From contig NMRA01000008.1 in the NCBI GenBank assembly GCA_002633005.1, positions 1,255,974-1,319,973 on the forward strand: 64,000 nt of DNA, given 5' to 3'. The position numbers were made by a program, and so were the translations under genes. Under the pieces are notes generated by a model. The model saw only the letters and a program-made list of their open reading frames with translations, did no database searches and was not told where the DNA came from. Within the stretch, counting starts at the first letter, position 1, and every line of letters starts with the position of its first letter. This DNA is from Phoronis australis. Lineage: Eukaryota; Animalia; Phoronida. Below are positions 14,070 to 28,089 of this stretch, one piece after another.

Positions 14070-14863
14070 TGCTTTTAGTGGTGTATATTTGATTGATAAA
14101 AATGGCCACTAGATGGAGAAAAATATGCTGAATCGTCTGAAAACGCAATCGTGTCGTTGATTCTTAAATAGAAAACTATTAATAAAATTTCATGAAAATC
14201 CGTTAAGGAACTTCTGAGAAACGGAGGAAAACGGAAAGAAATGAAATTGTCATTAGGGGGCACAGTGTTCGCTGGATCCGTCTGAAAGTTGTTGTCTGTT
14301 GTCAGCTTCATATAAATACACTTGCTAAATTTAATAAAGATACTGCAGTGGGTTTAGGAGATACAGCTGTGGGTGCAAAAAAAGTGCCACTAGGAGGTGC
14401 CACAGTAGTCGGAAAATAATTGTCAACTGTTCTCTTCACACTAAGAACAAAATATGCCAATTTTCACAATTATCCTTGGAGTGGTTTGCTTGATAGAGGG
14501 GCAGACTCGACAACAGTAAAAATGGGCACTACATGGTGCAAAATACCTCGAATCCATGAAAACGGGAGGATAGTGTAATCTCACTACTTGATGCCTACCG
14601 GTATGTGCCAAATTTTATGAAAATCTGTTAAGCACCTGTTTGAAGATACAGAGGTAAGCGTAAAACACTAAAATTGCCACTAGGGGACACACTGGATGTC
14701 GGATCTTTCCGAAATTCGTCATCATCCGTCATAAACTTCATAGGAACACATCTGCCAAATCTCATCAAGATCCTATGATGGGTTTAGGAGATACAGCTGC
14801 AGACGACGGACGCCCAGACAGAGATGACGGCAATATGCACCCAAATGTATATGGGCGAATAAA
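14070..14863 (-). mobile_element. Diverged reverse-orientation copy of the HINE-like element at 691-1949
   Basis: Reverse complement begins tttattcgcccatatac...gccgtcatctctgtctgggcgtccgtcgtctgcagctgtatctcc and shares internal blocks (ctatcctcccgttttc, gtgaaaattggcat, tgtggcacctcctagtggca). Confidence 0.75.
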
Positions 14864-17284
14864 TGCATATTCTTTCTTATCCACAACTCAAATCAAAAAA
14901 CATGTTCATTACTGAATTTCACAAAATGTGTCTTGGGCATTTCCAAATCATGCAGGTGAAAAGAAGTCGGAAAAGCTATTTTGACAGGATTGCTCAAGAT
15001 ATTTTTCTAAAATATTCAGTTTTCGTTTTATGCAAATTACACAAGTCCTATTTTTATGACCCTGGTACAAAAGTGAAACATTTTCGAAATAACTCTTAAC
15101 AGACTTGTAGAACAGTGTACAAAGCGTAGCACGTGAAAGTTTCATAGACCAGTCAGTCGTTTATGAGATAGGATGTTCTGAAGTCAACCAAATAAAGATA
15201 TTTTTCAAAGCAGTGTTTAGCCTACATGAAGTTAATGTAGGACCTCATCAACAAGCTTTTGTGTTTATCCAAATATAAAAAACTATGGATTTTAAGTCAG
15301 TAATATTTTCGGGAAAACCTGTAGAATTAGATTTTTTAACCATCAGCCCTTGGTTGGGTCGCGTGACCATGTCTTATTGGTAAAATTTTCCAAAAAGAAA
15401 AGTACATTTGATATGAAAACTTGTACCAATAACATAACTAAATCTCATTTCCTATAAAACCTCATAAACACTGTTAGTTTTCCAATTCACTGTTTCATTT
15501 TTGATGTAGTTTTTGAAATTCTTCACAAAAATCACGTAAAAATACTAAGTCCCATTTTTGATAGCCCCTCATAAAGAAGTGGAGCGTTTTGAAAACAATT
15601 CCTAAACAGAGATTGGGAGAACATAAAACATCGAATCTGAAAGTTTCATTATGATCCTGATCAGCCATTTGTGAAATATGATGTTTCCAAGTTTGCCAAA
15701 TTAGGACATTTCTGTACAGTCCTGCCTACATCAGGTAACTGATTCAGTAACAGTGCTACAGTTTTCAAAAATGTTGATGTCGAAGTGATGCTCAAAACTT
15801 TCAAGAGACCTGACAGAACATTAAATCATTTGAAAATTAGCTGGTCAGGAAATGTTTGCTTCTCAATTTCGCCAATTATCAAGTTGTTGGAAATACTGTT
15901 CAGTGGTTGCCTGAGAGTGGATGCTTGCCAAAAAATTGAACTTACCCTGAATGCACTACTGCAAAAGCACACTTGGCTCTCTCATAAAATTGAAATCTTT
16001 CAACTTTTTCAAAGACAATCTGTAACATAAAACACTGCAGCTTAATTTCTTGGTCACATATCTGGTGATGCTTGGCTAATTCCATTGATTGATTTTTTCC
16101 AGATACATTTTACGGTGTGAGTTTTTATTGAAGTAACTAGAGGTCCTTGAATTTCGATACAGATCTGTGACTGGGATTCCCAATTATTTCCCAACTGTCA
16201 GGTTATACAACCATTTTATGACATAAACTTATGGCATCGATGACAAGTTTAGGTGATCAAAGCATAAAGCATAGCACCAACTTAGGCGACAACAGGGTGG
16301 ACGTCACTAGACTGAGCTGCAAGTTTTGTCAAAACAGAATCTACAGATCTGATCAGAAGATGAGACCAAGTTTAAAAGAATTCAGGGAGAGGATTCTTAG
16401 ATCGTCCAGTAGCCATTTTCCATTTTGGGAAAACATGTTGAAATTTGCTGTGTTGCTAGATGGCGATGCAGTACTTTGAATGCAAATGACTTGTGCAATT
16501 CCACCTGCGGTTTGCATGTAACTTGGACAGGGATTTTAAAGCGGCAGAATTTTACATTTTCTAAATTCTTTGCTAACAGTCTGCCTTCAAATCACAATTA
16601 CTCTGCGGTGGGACGTTCAAATGATTCACGTAGAAAAGGCCAATGTTACTAAGTGTCCGTGAACGAAAGAAATTGAGTATCATCTTTCTTAACTCTGCCG
16701 GTCTCGACAAGCACAATTTAAAGTTGATTGCAACAGTTGTGCTCTCCCATTGCTATATTCCATATCAAATGTTTCCTATTTTGTATATACAGTATAGGAC
16801 AAAAGTAATCAGACAAAACACCATTTTCCCACCGTGACAGCTAATCAATAGGTTAATAGTAAAAATGACTGGTAATGACTTTTGTATTGGCCAAATTCCA
16901 ATTACAGAATGGCTTAACCATCGTACTAACTTTCCTGTTAATTTGCATTAATTCTCAGTCATGACGGAATGCTACTCTGATACCGAGTTCTCAGCTCAAG
17001 CATCACCACGGGGAATTCCAAGTCATTTTGTCAGAATACTTTTGGCCTGTACTGTACGGCAGCTTTGGGAAAGTGTTATACTCAAGTACCAGCTCTTCAT
17101 TGACCCCCAGAGATGTAGAAGTAAAGTTTCACTGACCACGCAAATTTGAAGAGGATGCCAACCAGAAAGAAACTAGCCACACAACTGCCATAAAAAGCAA
17201 ATATTGTAAATTTACAAATATTTGACCTAGGGTACCTAATTGTAGATAAGGTTCAACATAACCTTGACACTGACCGAAGGCGGC

Positions 17285-17357
17285 AGGGTGGCCTAGTTGG
17301 GTATGTCTCTGCTTGCTTCCTTTACTCAAGTTTGTGGGTTTGAGTCCCACTGGGGTA
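17285..17357 (+). mobile_element. Degenerate tRNA-derived SINE head
   Basis: A-box-like TGGCCTAGTTGG and B-box-like GGTTTGAGTCCC at Pol III spacing; no cloverleaf. Confidence 0.35.
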
Positions 17358-20300
17358 CACTGCTAAAGCCAGGTCTGCAGCTCCTCAGCCCGGTTTTAAC
17401 TACACATCAAATAAAGCATAAAAATGGTCCAGGTGATCCGTGCAATAGGCCCACCTGACCGGCCTGTGCACGAGTGGTGCAATGTGTACCAGACCACCTG
17501 CAATTATTACTTTTTTATTTCATTGACACTGGCCATATTCTTGCAATAAATATCCACAAGTAACGACTCACATATTTCCCTTCTGCTTCCGCCACAGTCT
17601 TCTCATAGTCTGCCCACACAGGAGGCTCACAGCCTTGATCGCTAGGCACTTGCTGCATTACAGCTACCTGCAGAAACAATTGAACATCAGGGCCCAGTTG
17701 CATAAAAGTTATATTCAGCCCAGGGCCCTGTTTCACGACTTAAGATATTTTGTCTAAGGCTCCCACTTCAAAATTTCTGGAAAAGGTTTAGCCGCAGCAA
17801 TTGCGGGCACATCACAGTCTAGAAATTAAGTGCAGAAATTATTTTAATATCCAGCAGTTATGCGTACATTTTCTTAGAAATTTAACACTTCTGTTCAAGT
17901 AAAAATTACTTATAACAAGTAGCTGCATGAAGTATAAGACCAAATTTCTGACAGAAATCATTTAAAGTCACTTTTCCTGAAACAGACCCCAGTGTTTGCA
18001 AGCAATCTGAACCCAGAGACCATGTTGCTGAAATAATTTCAGGGTCCCAAGACGATGCCTGCGACGGCGAATACCCACCAAGTGACACTTCTCAACCAAC
18101 CACCTCCAATAGGAGGGCTCCCCGGGTTATCTCATTTTGGGGTCTGAACATATTGACGAGAGTGAAGGTAACAAAGAGGATATAAACAAACTTACCAACT
18201 TTTGATTTACTGCTATGAATTTGGTCTCAAATTGTTTCCTCATCATATTAGAGAAATTACACTTTGTTATTTCTTGAGACCAGCTCATCAAGTTGGTTTT
18301 TCATGGCACATCATTTTTTGCCCCGAGCGTGGTCTTGAGGAATAACAAACTGTCTGTTCTTTACAAAACCCAAAAATGACTTCTCTTAGTAAGGGGCAAG
18401 CTGAGATCAATTTTTTAACGGAAAATGGTCTAAATCAAAAGTTCGATTCGTGAACGCAATGTAGGTTTAAATTTATAGATCTTCAGAACAGAGCAAAATA
18501 TAAGGGAGAAAAGTGGATTTCGTTTTGTCACATTTCTTAAACGAGTATTATCAAAATTAAGATTTTAGTTATTTTTTCTACTGACATTCAAAGGTTTTGA
18601 TTACGCAAATGTCATCAAGATCAAACAGATGATAAAATTTTAGGATGTAAATTGTTGTAAATGTTGAAATATAGGAAATAACTGAAAAATTGATCAAACA
18701 AAATGCGTCTTTTAAATTACTCGGACAAAATTTAAGTGAAACTACTCACAGGATGCGGGACATAGGTATCCAGTGGAAACAGGTGTAAAATTGCCTTCAA
18801 AAGACTGGGAATGTCGTGACCTACAAAATAACCAGAGAGACGTTGGATCTCAGTTTTCATTCAGCACAGGGTGAAACATAGAGTGTGACCTCAAGCTCTG
18901 GAGGGTTGCAGCACGGTATATATACAATGTCATTTGTCAACCATATTGTGACCTGATAAGATTCTGGCGTAAGGCCAACAAAACAATATTTTGGTTCTAG
19001 CCTTTACCTAACTGCCAAATTCCCGTTCTTGTTTTCAAAACCATGCAAGTTAGTTTGAGAGACGACTTCACTGACTTAAAAATAGATTATGACCGCTATG
19101 TCGCATTCATCAACTCGGCTTCCCCTAACTACAAAATTAATGTTCCATCATCACGAAAATGCTTATCAAATCATATGATAATGACTCAACATTTCATGTT
19201 CACAACCAAATGACATGATTGGATTTATTTCAACCAATAGAAAGCTGGAATGCTAAACGTGGTACTGAAAGCAATGTAATGAGGAGACAAACAGTCAAAC
19301 AGTCAGAAACTTTGTAAACACAGACATGCCAGTAGCTTCATCTTTCACTGTGAGATTCCAAACTTAGCCTCTGAAATTCGAAGCACAAGCTCAGTAGATA
19401 ACGGTCACCGTATTATGATAGTCTGGCTTATCTTCTGATTCAGAACCGACAAGTTTTGACGTGTTCATCTGGACAAATTGACTTAGCTAATGTTACCATA
19501 AGTGCATGCGGGAGGTCACTCCTTTCCAAGATGTCTGCCTGGATAACACCGAGTCACGATTAAACAAATCCCTTTCACAACGCCCATTTTTGCACATTGT
19601 TCACCGAATTCTGAAAACAGCTTTAGCTTAACAAGTTCTGGATAACTCTATAGCCGGACCGTATTTTGCTAAAAACAGCTATGAACAGACGTCCCGAGTC
19701 ATTTTTGGTTGGTAACTGCATTCATCCAGTAACACATTTTAGGAGATGTACAAAAAATCCACGATAAAAAATTATATCGAAGCGCCCCTGGCAATAATCA
19801 ATTGATAATACCATCGTTGAATTAGAAATGTCAATAAAACAGCAAAGTCTGGTTGGGGATTACCAGATCTGTACACTTTATTTGAAGACAGTCGTACCAT
19901 CAGCTCGTATCTCCTTCGCCCCCTTAGCACGGCAAACAGAGCTTGTTGGGAAATGCGTATCAGCCAAAACTGAAAAGACATATGTAGTTTACATTCACAC
20001 TAGTTGAACGCAGCAATTCTTCAATGAATTACCTCTTACAAAAATCAGAGACAGATACAGGATTTAGGGGGAGAAATATATGTTTGACAAGAGAGGGCGT
20101 GTTTAAGTGATGAAGAACATCTCAAAACACACGGTAATCAAATACAGTAGGCACATCTCAACACAATGCTCTCTCGATTTTGGAAGCTGCCAGTTTTGTA
20201 AGAAACGCTACAAAATCTGACATTTAGTATTTCTGTAGTGAATGCCTTTCAACTGCAAACATCAGTATAGGCTATAGTTAAGGGCAGGGGTTAATACAGG

Positions 20301-21226
20301 ATTTCAAAATAGGGCGTAAAAAATGGGTTTCTCAAAATCTCAGGGTGTCCATGACCAATGACTCGTGCCTGTGAGTTCTTGACCCAAAGTCAGATTGCTG
20401 TTATAGGCTGGTGTGTTAGTGTGGAGATGTGGACCATCCGCAATGAGGTGCCAATATTTACTTCACTTGGGCATCCAAATGCTTAACAGGGATTCCTAGA
20501 TAGAGTGTGTCTACATTTGCCTCAGTATGTCCAGTTGGACACCCTGGACAACGTCCAGATGAAGGCCTGGTTAAGGGTTAACTGCAGTCTGTTATGGCCG
20601 TCGTTGGCACAACTCAGTAGCCGTCCCGTGAACTAATACAAGCATAACATCAATGGTGAGCTCTTTTTTGAATTGCGAATCATCCACAAAGCATTACAAA
20701 CAAAATGACTACATCTAAAGCAGAAAAAAAATATTTAATTTCTTCATTATGAGAGTTAAGTGGAAGACCTCCCGCATTGTCAGTACCCTACATTCCCTGA
20801 AAAAATCCCCGAATTTCCAGCACTGGCTCTGGGACCTTTGAGAGCTCTGCATAGTGAATGTCAGTGATTTCTATCATGCTTAAAAGTCATAGCTAATGGA
20901 TTTATTGCTCAGTTCCGCGTAAAAAGAAAGGATGAGCAATTCAGAAATCGTGAAATTGTAGGTTGTTTGCCCAGTGTAACGACTGTAATGGTTCTTGTAC
21001 TTATCTACTGACCAAGTATAAGGTCCCGTCAATATTGGGGCATTTTTGTGAATATCAGTTTTCCGGTTAGCGTACCGTACTACTCTTCGAATAAAACAGT
21101 TTGACATGCATTGGAGGATAAGCGATGTCTTAAAAGCATTTAACATCTAATTTGGTCACCGTGTTTTGTTTCCATTTGTTGTAATGTAACTTAGTTGCAT
21201 ACTAAAAGAATAATCCATGTGACATT

Positions 21227-22155
21227 GTTAATTGTAATCAGTGTTTGTAAATCCTCGGAGTATTTCAATACACATGACGGATGCTTATCTTCCATCGTAA
21301 CCAATGTTTGTAATTTTTAGCTTATTACTCGAGTTCATGAATTTTTAAAAATCAAAAACCACACTTAGATGATTTTTTACAACTGAATAACGCTGTGATG
21401 TTTATTTTTAACGGCAATTATTGGTTTATGTATTTTGAAAGTTCCCAGTACGTACAGGCAGAGATGTTTACTACGGCCCAGTAACTACACTTAATTTGGT
21501 GTTGCTCATACCAGAAAATGCGGTCATCACAACTATGCTCGACTACGGAGCCAAGCTCTCTTTGATCCTGGTAAAAGACCCCCAGGAAGACCAGCAGTGA
21601 AAACTCCTGCATATCTTTAGAAATGTGTGTATTCCTCGTTATTAAAGCGCATTATTCACGGCACGAGGCTGGCTCAGTTCACACAGTACTACCGTACGTC
21701 TAACAGAAAGGTTGCCCGTTTTCTTCATACCGTAAATAATACTCACACAAGTAATTCACAGATTTCTAAAGATATGCGGGAATTTTCATCGCTCGTCCTT
21801 CTGAGCGGTTTTTACCAGGATCAAAGAGAGCGCGGCGCCAGAGTGCGATGCAGTTGAGATGACCGCATTGTCCAGTGCTAGCAAGACCAAATTAAGCGTA
21901 ATTACCCGACCATAAAGTGTAGTAAACATATCTGCCTGTACACACTGTCGAATTTTCAAAATGCATTAACCAATAATTTTCGTTAAAAACGAACACCTCG
22001 GCAGTATTCAGCTGGAAAATCAACCAAGTACGGTTTTCGATTTTTAAAAACGAACTAAGAAGCTAAAATCTACAAATATTGGGTATGATTGAAGATAAAC
22101 GACCATGCATATTGATGTACTCGGTGGATTTACAAACGCTGATATCAGAGTTAAC
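21227..22155. mobile_element. Foldback/MITE element: ~430-450 bp imperfect inverted arms around a short spacer
   Basis: aatcagtgtttgtaaatcc pairs with ggatttacaaacgctgat; ctctctttgatcctggtaaaa with ttttaccaggatcaaagagag; gcatatctttagaaat with atttctaaagatatgc. The ORFs at 21418(-) and 21627(+) both contain GFYQDQRE-like text because they are the two arms. Confidence 0.85.
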
Positions 22156-22210
22156 TAGGAAACAGTAACTCAGTTGTGCCCACTGTTCATTTTTATGACT
22201 GATAAAAAGG

Positions 22211-22316
22211 CAATAGTCTTATATAACGTGCCCGTATTTTGAGAACCAGTTTTATGCCCGTTATTCAGTGGAGAAAACTGGCTCTCAAAATTCGGGCACT
22301 TTATATCAGACCATTA
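22211..22316. mobile_element. Short palindromic MITE, related copy at ~6215-6270
   Basis: gtgcccgtattttgagaaccagtttt pairs with aaaactggctctcaaaattcgggcac; the same gagaaccagttttctccactga core occurs at 6225. Confidence 0.65.
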
Positions 22317-24316
22317 CCAACAAAAAGCTAGAATAATTATGTAGTCGGCGCAACAGAAATTGTCCTGAGACTGCTGAATTCCAAATCTTCAGTCATATTT
22401 GCACTTTTGTATATTTTATGATTAGAACTCTAATGAAGATTAAACTTGAACAAATGACACGTGTCATTTTGTTTGCCGTGAATTGTTTAGTGTAGCTGCA
22501 TACGTAATCTGGAAAGTTCAGGGATGGATTCACAATTAACTAAAAATAACGATATCAACCCGTTTTCGATAAATAAAAGAAAAAACAAACAAACAGGAGT
22601 ATTGAAAATGAAATAACAAAAACTGGTATGAAACATATTTAAAACCATCGTTCCTTTGGGAAGTGGCTCTTTGTCAAGATAAACACAAATGAACTTTTTT
22701 TAGTCATTTTCACGGGTGAGAAACAACATGACCGCCGGTCCTCTAAACAGGACCTCCGGGGATCAAATGGGACCNTGAGCACTGAGTGACCGATGTAAGC
22801 GAGAAATCCTCCACATCTTGGAGATGGTAACTGGGTAAGGGGTAATTCCATACTACTCACCGAAAACTTTTGAAATATTATCAATTATGTCAAAGTAACG
22901 AGATGTAAGGGGTTTTCTTGGCAGATGGCGACATGGGAGGGGAATCCCACGGCCACGGCCTCGAAACCTGAATCGCTTGTTAATCAGTGCCGTATTGCCG
23001 TAAAAACTGTCAGAAACTGAACTTCAAGTTTCTCAAAACTCAAGGCAGAGAAATATTCTTCATTTTCTCAAAAGATGCCGACTGGAAACGAGAGAATCTC
23101 AAAGCTCGCAAAAAGTTGACGATTCTCTATGGACATATTCTGTAGGCCCTACTCGCGCCACGGAGACGAATGAGCTTTGTTCGCAAGTGTAGGCCTACGT
23201 ATGCACACTCACGTTTAGGCAGAGGTTAAGGAACAAAATGAAGACTTCAGTTTATTAACTCACCCACCTATTTCGTCCCCATGCCCCATTGAACATAATG
23301 CATGCAGAAGGTCAGGTGAAATAATTCCAGGGACGTTTTTGAGAGGCATCTTGTAGATCAAGTTTCGAGGGGAAAAGCCTCCTCAGCGCTCCACACTTTC
23401 CTTCACAGCGCCCCCATGTGCTAACATTGACTACTAAACCCAATGCGTTATTTTTATCTCATTGAGTAAGCCTAGCAGCAGCGCGGTAAGTCCGGGTATG
23501 GAGAATTATAACAAATAAACATTAGCACATCCTAGAGAGCCGACTAGAAATTAAAATTATATATAGAACAGTTAAAGTAGCTAAATGTAAACAGACAGAA
23601 TAAAGTTAAACTATTTATATATACAGATACAACAGAACATACGGACGACATCGAAATAGCCACATTTACGAAGGTCAGAGGTTACACGCGCCGTCGGTGT
23701 ACAAAGATGACACACTGAGAGCGCAGGTAAGCCATTGCACCTGTCATGAGTGTCTGAGTCATTAATGATTCTCAGAGAGAGTTAGGAAGTTTAGTTGTTC
23801 CGCAGTTTGCTCTAGGTTGCAAACAGGATTTAAACTATTCAGTAGGATAAAGTGTTGAAGCAAGTGTATTCTCAGATCTCAGCTGACTCATGTGACGTCA
23901 TAACGTGAAGAGAATGTTGCTATATCACTACAATGTGCTTGAAGACTTCAGAAGCCTAGTGTTTTTTTTTTAAATTCTCCATGTCATCAGCATCATTAAA
24001 ATTCCCCAGGTCTTAAGCAGAGCATTTAATTTTACTCTAGAATCCCACAGCTAGGGATAGCTTGCATCTGAATAGTCAACTAAGATATAGCCTTCAAAAC
24101 TCAATTTTCTTAGAAATTTCCACCCCGGTGCCATTGTAGCTCGAGGGCGGCAGGTTAGATCTGAACATAAGCAAGAAATGATTTCATTTTTATCAGTATT
24201 CATTTGGGTGGCGTAGTCTAAACAGTTCAGTAATTTGTCTAAAAGCTTTCTGGCATATTGTGTCGACATGTCAGGAATTTTTACTTTGCCCGGCCGCGGC
24301 TCAATAGTTACTCCGA

Positions 24317-25239
24317 GATGTTTAACAAATTATTACATTTAACTCTCATCAGTATTTACAACCAGAAAAAACTTTTCAGGCTCGCATACTTCTTGTTTAG
24401 AGAGAATAATGGCTTTAGCTGATTGCTATGGCAACGCCTCAGTCTAGGGTCCGGAAACTAGTGCATTCCACGGCCGCCGTCCAGTGAGACCCAGAGGCGC
24501 GAAAACGCAAGCTAGATCACAAGTCTTCGCGAAATTTCGCCATGCATTACAAGCCAAGTAACTGATCACAATGATCTTTTACGTCGAGTGTTTTGGTCAA
24601 CGGAACTTTCCTTCGGACCACGCCGGAGAACTTATTTCGATCTATTAGAAGTACCGGTAAGCCACCCATGCTATATTTTCCAACGGCGATTTCAATGGTA
24701 TGCCGCACACCGCATTTCAATTGAAGTGGAAGGGCTCGAGTGTATAGTAAAACGTATAAAGCACATTAAATTTATTGNGATGTTTAACAAATTATTACAT
24801 TTAACTCTCATCAGTATTTACAACCAGTAAAAACTTTTCAGGCTCGCATACTTCTTGTTTAGAGAGAATAATGGCTTTAGCTGATTGCTATGGCAACGCC
24901 TCAGTCTAGGGTCTGGAAACTAGTGCATTCCACGGCCGCCGTCTAGTGAGACCCAGAGGCGCGAAAACGCAAGCTAGATCACAAGTCTTCACGAAATTTC
25001 GCCATGCATTACAAGCCAAGTAACTGATCACAATGATCTTTTACGTCGAGTGTTTTGGTCAACGGAACTTTCCTTCGGACCACGCCGGAGAACTTATTTC
25101 GATCTATTAGAAGTACCGGTAAGCCACCCATGCTATATTTTCCAACGGCGATTTCAATGGTATGCCGCACACCGCATTTCAATTGAAGTGGAAGGGCTCG
25201 AGTGTATAGTAAAACGTATAAAGCACATTAAATTTATTG
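24317..25239. repeat. Direct tandem duplication of 461 bp joined by a single N
   Basis: 24317-24777 and 24779-25239 are identical apart from about 4 substitutions; N at 24778. Confidence 0.95.
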
Positions 25240-25711
25240 TCAAATAAATCAAGTAAAACTGAAGCCGGAAGCAAAATGACTGCCCCTTCTAAATATCATA
25301 CAACCCTCGTCTTAATTAAGTGTAGCGCCCACGTATGGTTTAGTTCGCCATGGCCGAGTGAGCTCTTGAAAAAAATCGGATGTCCAGGTACAGAAATTCT
25401 CGGAGATTTTTCCGTTTAGCTGCGCCTACTACAGGGCTAGTGACTCATTTCCTGAAAAGGTAAACATCGCGAGTCGACCAGTAAATATTGGTTATGAGCT
25501 CCTCGTTTACTTGAGGACAAAATAGGTTCAAATCAAATGCACTTCGCAATTTATACGGGGTCTTACTTATCATGTTTCTGCTTTTTCTTGTCAATACTCT
25601 CTGTACTCTTCGTGGTATGGGCCGCATGTCGGCGGGTTAAAACCACTATATATGTACTTGAAACCGACTTAATTTGGTCAAGGGATAAAATTAAGGCCAT
25701 TTTCGTAAGTG

Positions 25712-26000
25712 CATAGGCGGATTTAGGGGACAAGGGGTCGCCCCCCCCCTTGGCTGGCGCAAGCAAAATGAAACAGCAACAGCGTGAAGCGTGAGGAAAT
25801 AAATATTGAGCTCAGGAACTAGGACCGGTAGCGGACGAGGCTCAGGCGCAGAAACACGCTCCCGTTTTTTTATTTTTAGTCCACCGATGGATTATCCGAA
25901 CAGATGGTATACATACTCGGCCCCGTAACTTTCGGGCCGCCTGTGCACAACATACAATCGCGCTTTGCCCAATTCCCCGAGGGTGTTGGGGCCGCCACTG
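25712..26000 (+). mobile_element. Non-autonomous DNA transposon with CA..TG ends and 5-bp TSD (AAGTG)
   Basis: Ends CATAGGCGGATTTAGG and GCCGCCACTG, flanked by AAGTG on both sides; core gcaagcaaaatgaaacagcaacagcgtgaagcgtgaggaaat is shared with 32403 and 41048. Confidence 0.8.
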
Positions 26001-27319
26001 AAGTGGTGTGAATTAAAAGCATTCTTTTGTGATAGAAGATTGTTTTTTGCCGCTTTAAATAACTTAAATAATACCACTTGCCACCACAGACACTAAGCAA
26101 TTTGTTTATCCATGTTGAACAAAATAAGCATGACCCGAACTTCTTACGATTATTTTGCAGAGTTTAGAAAAAAGCTTTACATTGTTTTCTTTGTGGCAAG
26201 TCCATGAGTACAACAAGCATTCAAGGACAGTGAAATTTTGGCCAGGCAAACGGCTTTTACGTTCTTTCGTAAATTTTCCCACGGAAAATGCTTAATCACA
26301 GAAGTGACGAGTTTTGCAAGAATGCAATTGTGACTGGTCAAAGGATGATAACAATAACTTTCGTGTTGGCCATTCTAATTCTCTGGGAAGCCTGGTTTCG
26401 CTCTTATTTTCTGTCTATTTTTAGAAACCAAACAAGTCAATACAAACTGCAGTATGTTTGTAAGCGTGCTAGCCAAGCTTCGCAGTCCATGTCTCTCGAA
26501 TTCGTATATTGTTGGGGTGGGCCAAACAGCTTTCTATACAAATTCTAGTATTTAAATCACATGAAATATTCCAGTTAACAAAGCATATTCATTAATCGTA
26601 GTGGGCGGGGTGTTCGCAGATAAATGAACGTGACACAATACCGAAAATCGGGCCGAGATCATTTCATATAAACCTGGATAATGGTGAATTCACGCACCAG
26701 ATCGAATATACACGACCTTCCGGTTTTATGTATTCATATTTAAAAGTCGAGGGTGAATCGTTATATCGTAAATATTATATCTAGGCATGTGTAGTGTACT
26801 TATGGTCCGTTAATGCATTTTCTTATGAATGTTTACCGAAATCTTTGAAAATTTATCACATGACCACAAAAAGATGCATCGAAAATTTTCAGTCGAATAA
26901 ACATCTTGCGTAAATATTCCTTAAAAATAAACAGAAGAGGCAAGAATGAGACAACAAATTTGTGTGTGCGCGGCGGAGGAGGGCCGGTGTTCAGTCACAT
27001 TACTGTACCATTGGTCACAAAACGTTTTCGAAAACGAACTCTAAGGACATATTCAAAGTATTTTGAATGGATGTTGAATTTACATAGCCATTTTAACATA
27101 TCGAACTTAAAAACACCAGTCGTTGATTCCCATCCCTCCTAGATTCATTACGACAGGAGAACGCCGGCGCAACATAGACATTTAAAAGAAATGAAACAGG
27201 TCATCAAAAACTAAACAGAATTTAGGTAAACATATCTGACTAAATCATGTGAGCACTTTCCACAATTATAGCGTCGGACAAGACGCCAAGGGACGCCAAA
27301 TCGTAGATCACACTTTCCT

Positions 27320-27472
27320 GCCTCCCGTTCAGTAACGCTAGGACCTCGCTAAAAAGCAACACTTCGCGAGATTACGTGAGATATTGCCGTGCATTTTAAA
27401 TGAAAACACGTGACTTTGACTAGGTTTTACTAGGTCCTAGCGTAGGTCCTAGCGTCTACTGAACGCACGCCT
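27320..27472 (+). mobile_element. MITE with GTTCAGTA..CGCTAGGACCT inverted ends; reverse copy at ~42343-42495 and a diverged copy at ~12798-12920
   Basis: gttcagtaacgctaggacct pairs with aggtcctagcgtctactgaac; the internal sequence is nearly identical to the reverse complement of 42343-42495. Confidence 0.8.
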
Positions 27473-27479
27473 GATTTCC

Positions 27480-27738
27480 TTCTAATCTTTTTAATTGAAA
27501 TTAGGTTATTGGCAGTTTCTACTCTACTTTTGTGCGAACTCAACATAAGTGTCTATTTTTCTATGCTCGAGTACATAATGACCATAATGACTTATGTGGA
27601 TATTTTTTTAGTTCTAGTCTGCAGTTGATAAACCCAACATTAAGGCCAAATGTTGGAGTTTGAACTTGAAATTTCGAGTTTTTACTAGTTTGCAGCACGA
27701 ATATTAGGGTCATTAAGTGCAAACTTGGACTAGAAACT
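27480..27738 (+). mobile_element. Partial copy of the MITE at 51578-51977
   Basis: Shared ttctactctacttttg(t/g)gcgaactcaa, ctatgctcgagtaca, gaaatttcgagtttttactag. Confidence 0.7.
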
Positions 27739-27939
27739 CACTGGCCAGCCAGCTAACTGTATGAAGACTATCGTCAAAATATAGCTAGGGACCACTTAGC
27801 CAGCCAGCCAGCTGTATGAAGACTGTCGTCAAAATACAGTACCACGTGTGTATTTCTTCCATAGACCTCGAAATTGCACACAGCCAGGGTAGTTCTTCTC
27901 GTCCGCAACTCGCCGTGAAACCATAGATTATAGACAACA

Positions 27940-28089
27940 GGGTCCAGTTGCATAAAAGTTATACGCTGTGTAGCAACAATGACGTCGCATTATCAAGCGT
28001 CACGTTATTGTTGAACAATGCACCTAACGTCATGCAACAATTAAACTTATCCAGCGGATAACCTTTGAAGCTTTATGCAACTTGGCCCT
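27940..28089. mobile_element. PIF/Harbinger-like MITE
   Basis: Ends gggtccagttgcataaaag and ctttatgcaacttggccc; the same end occurs at ~17690. Confidence 0.6.
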
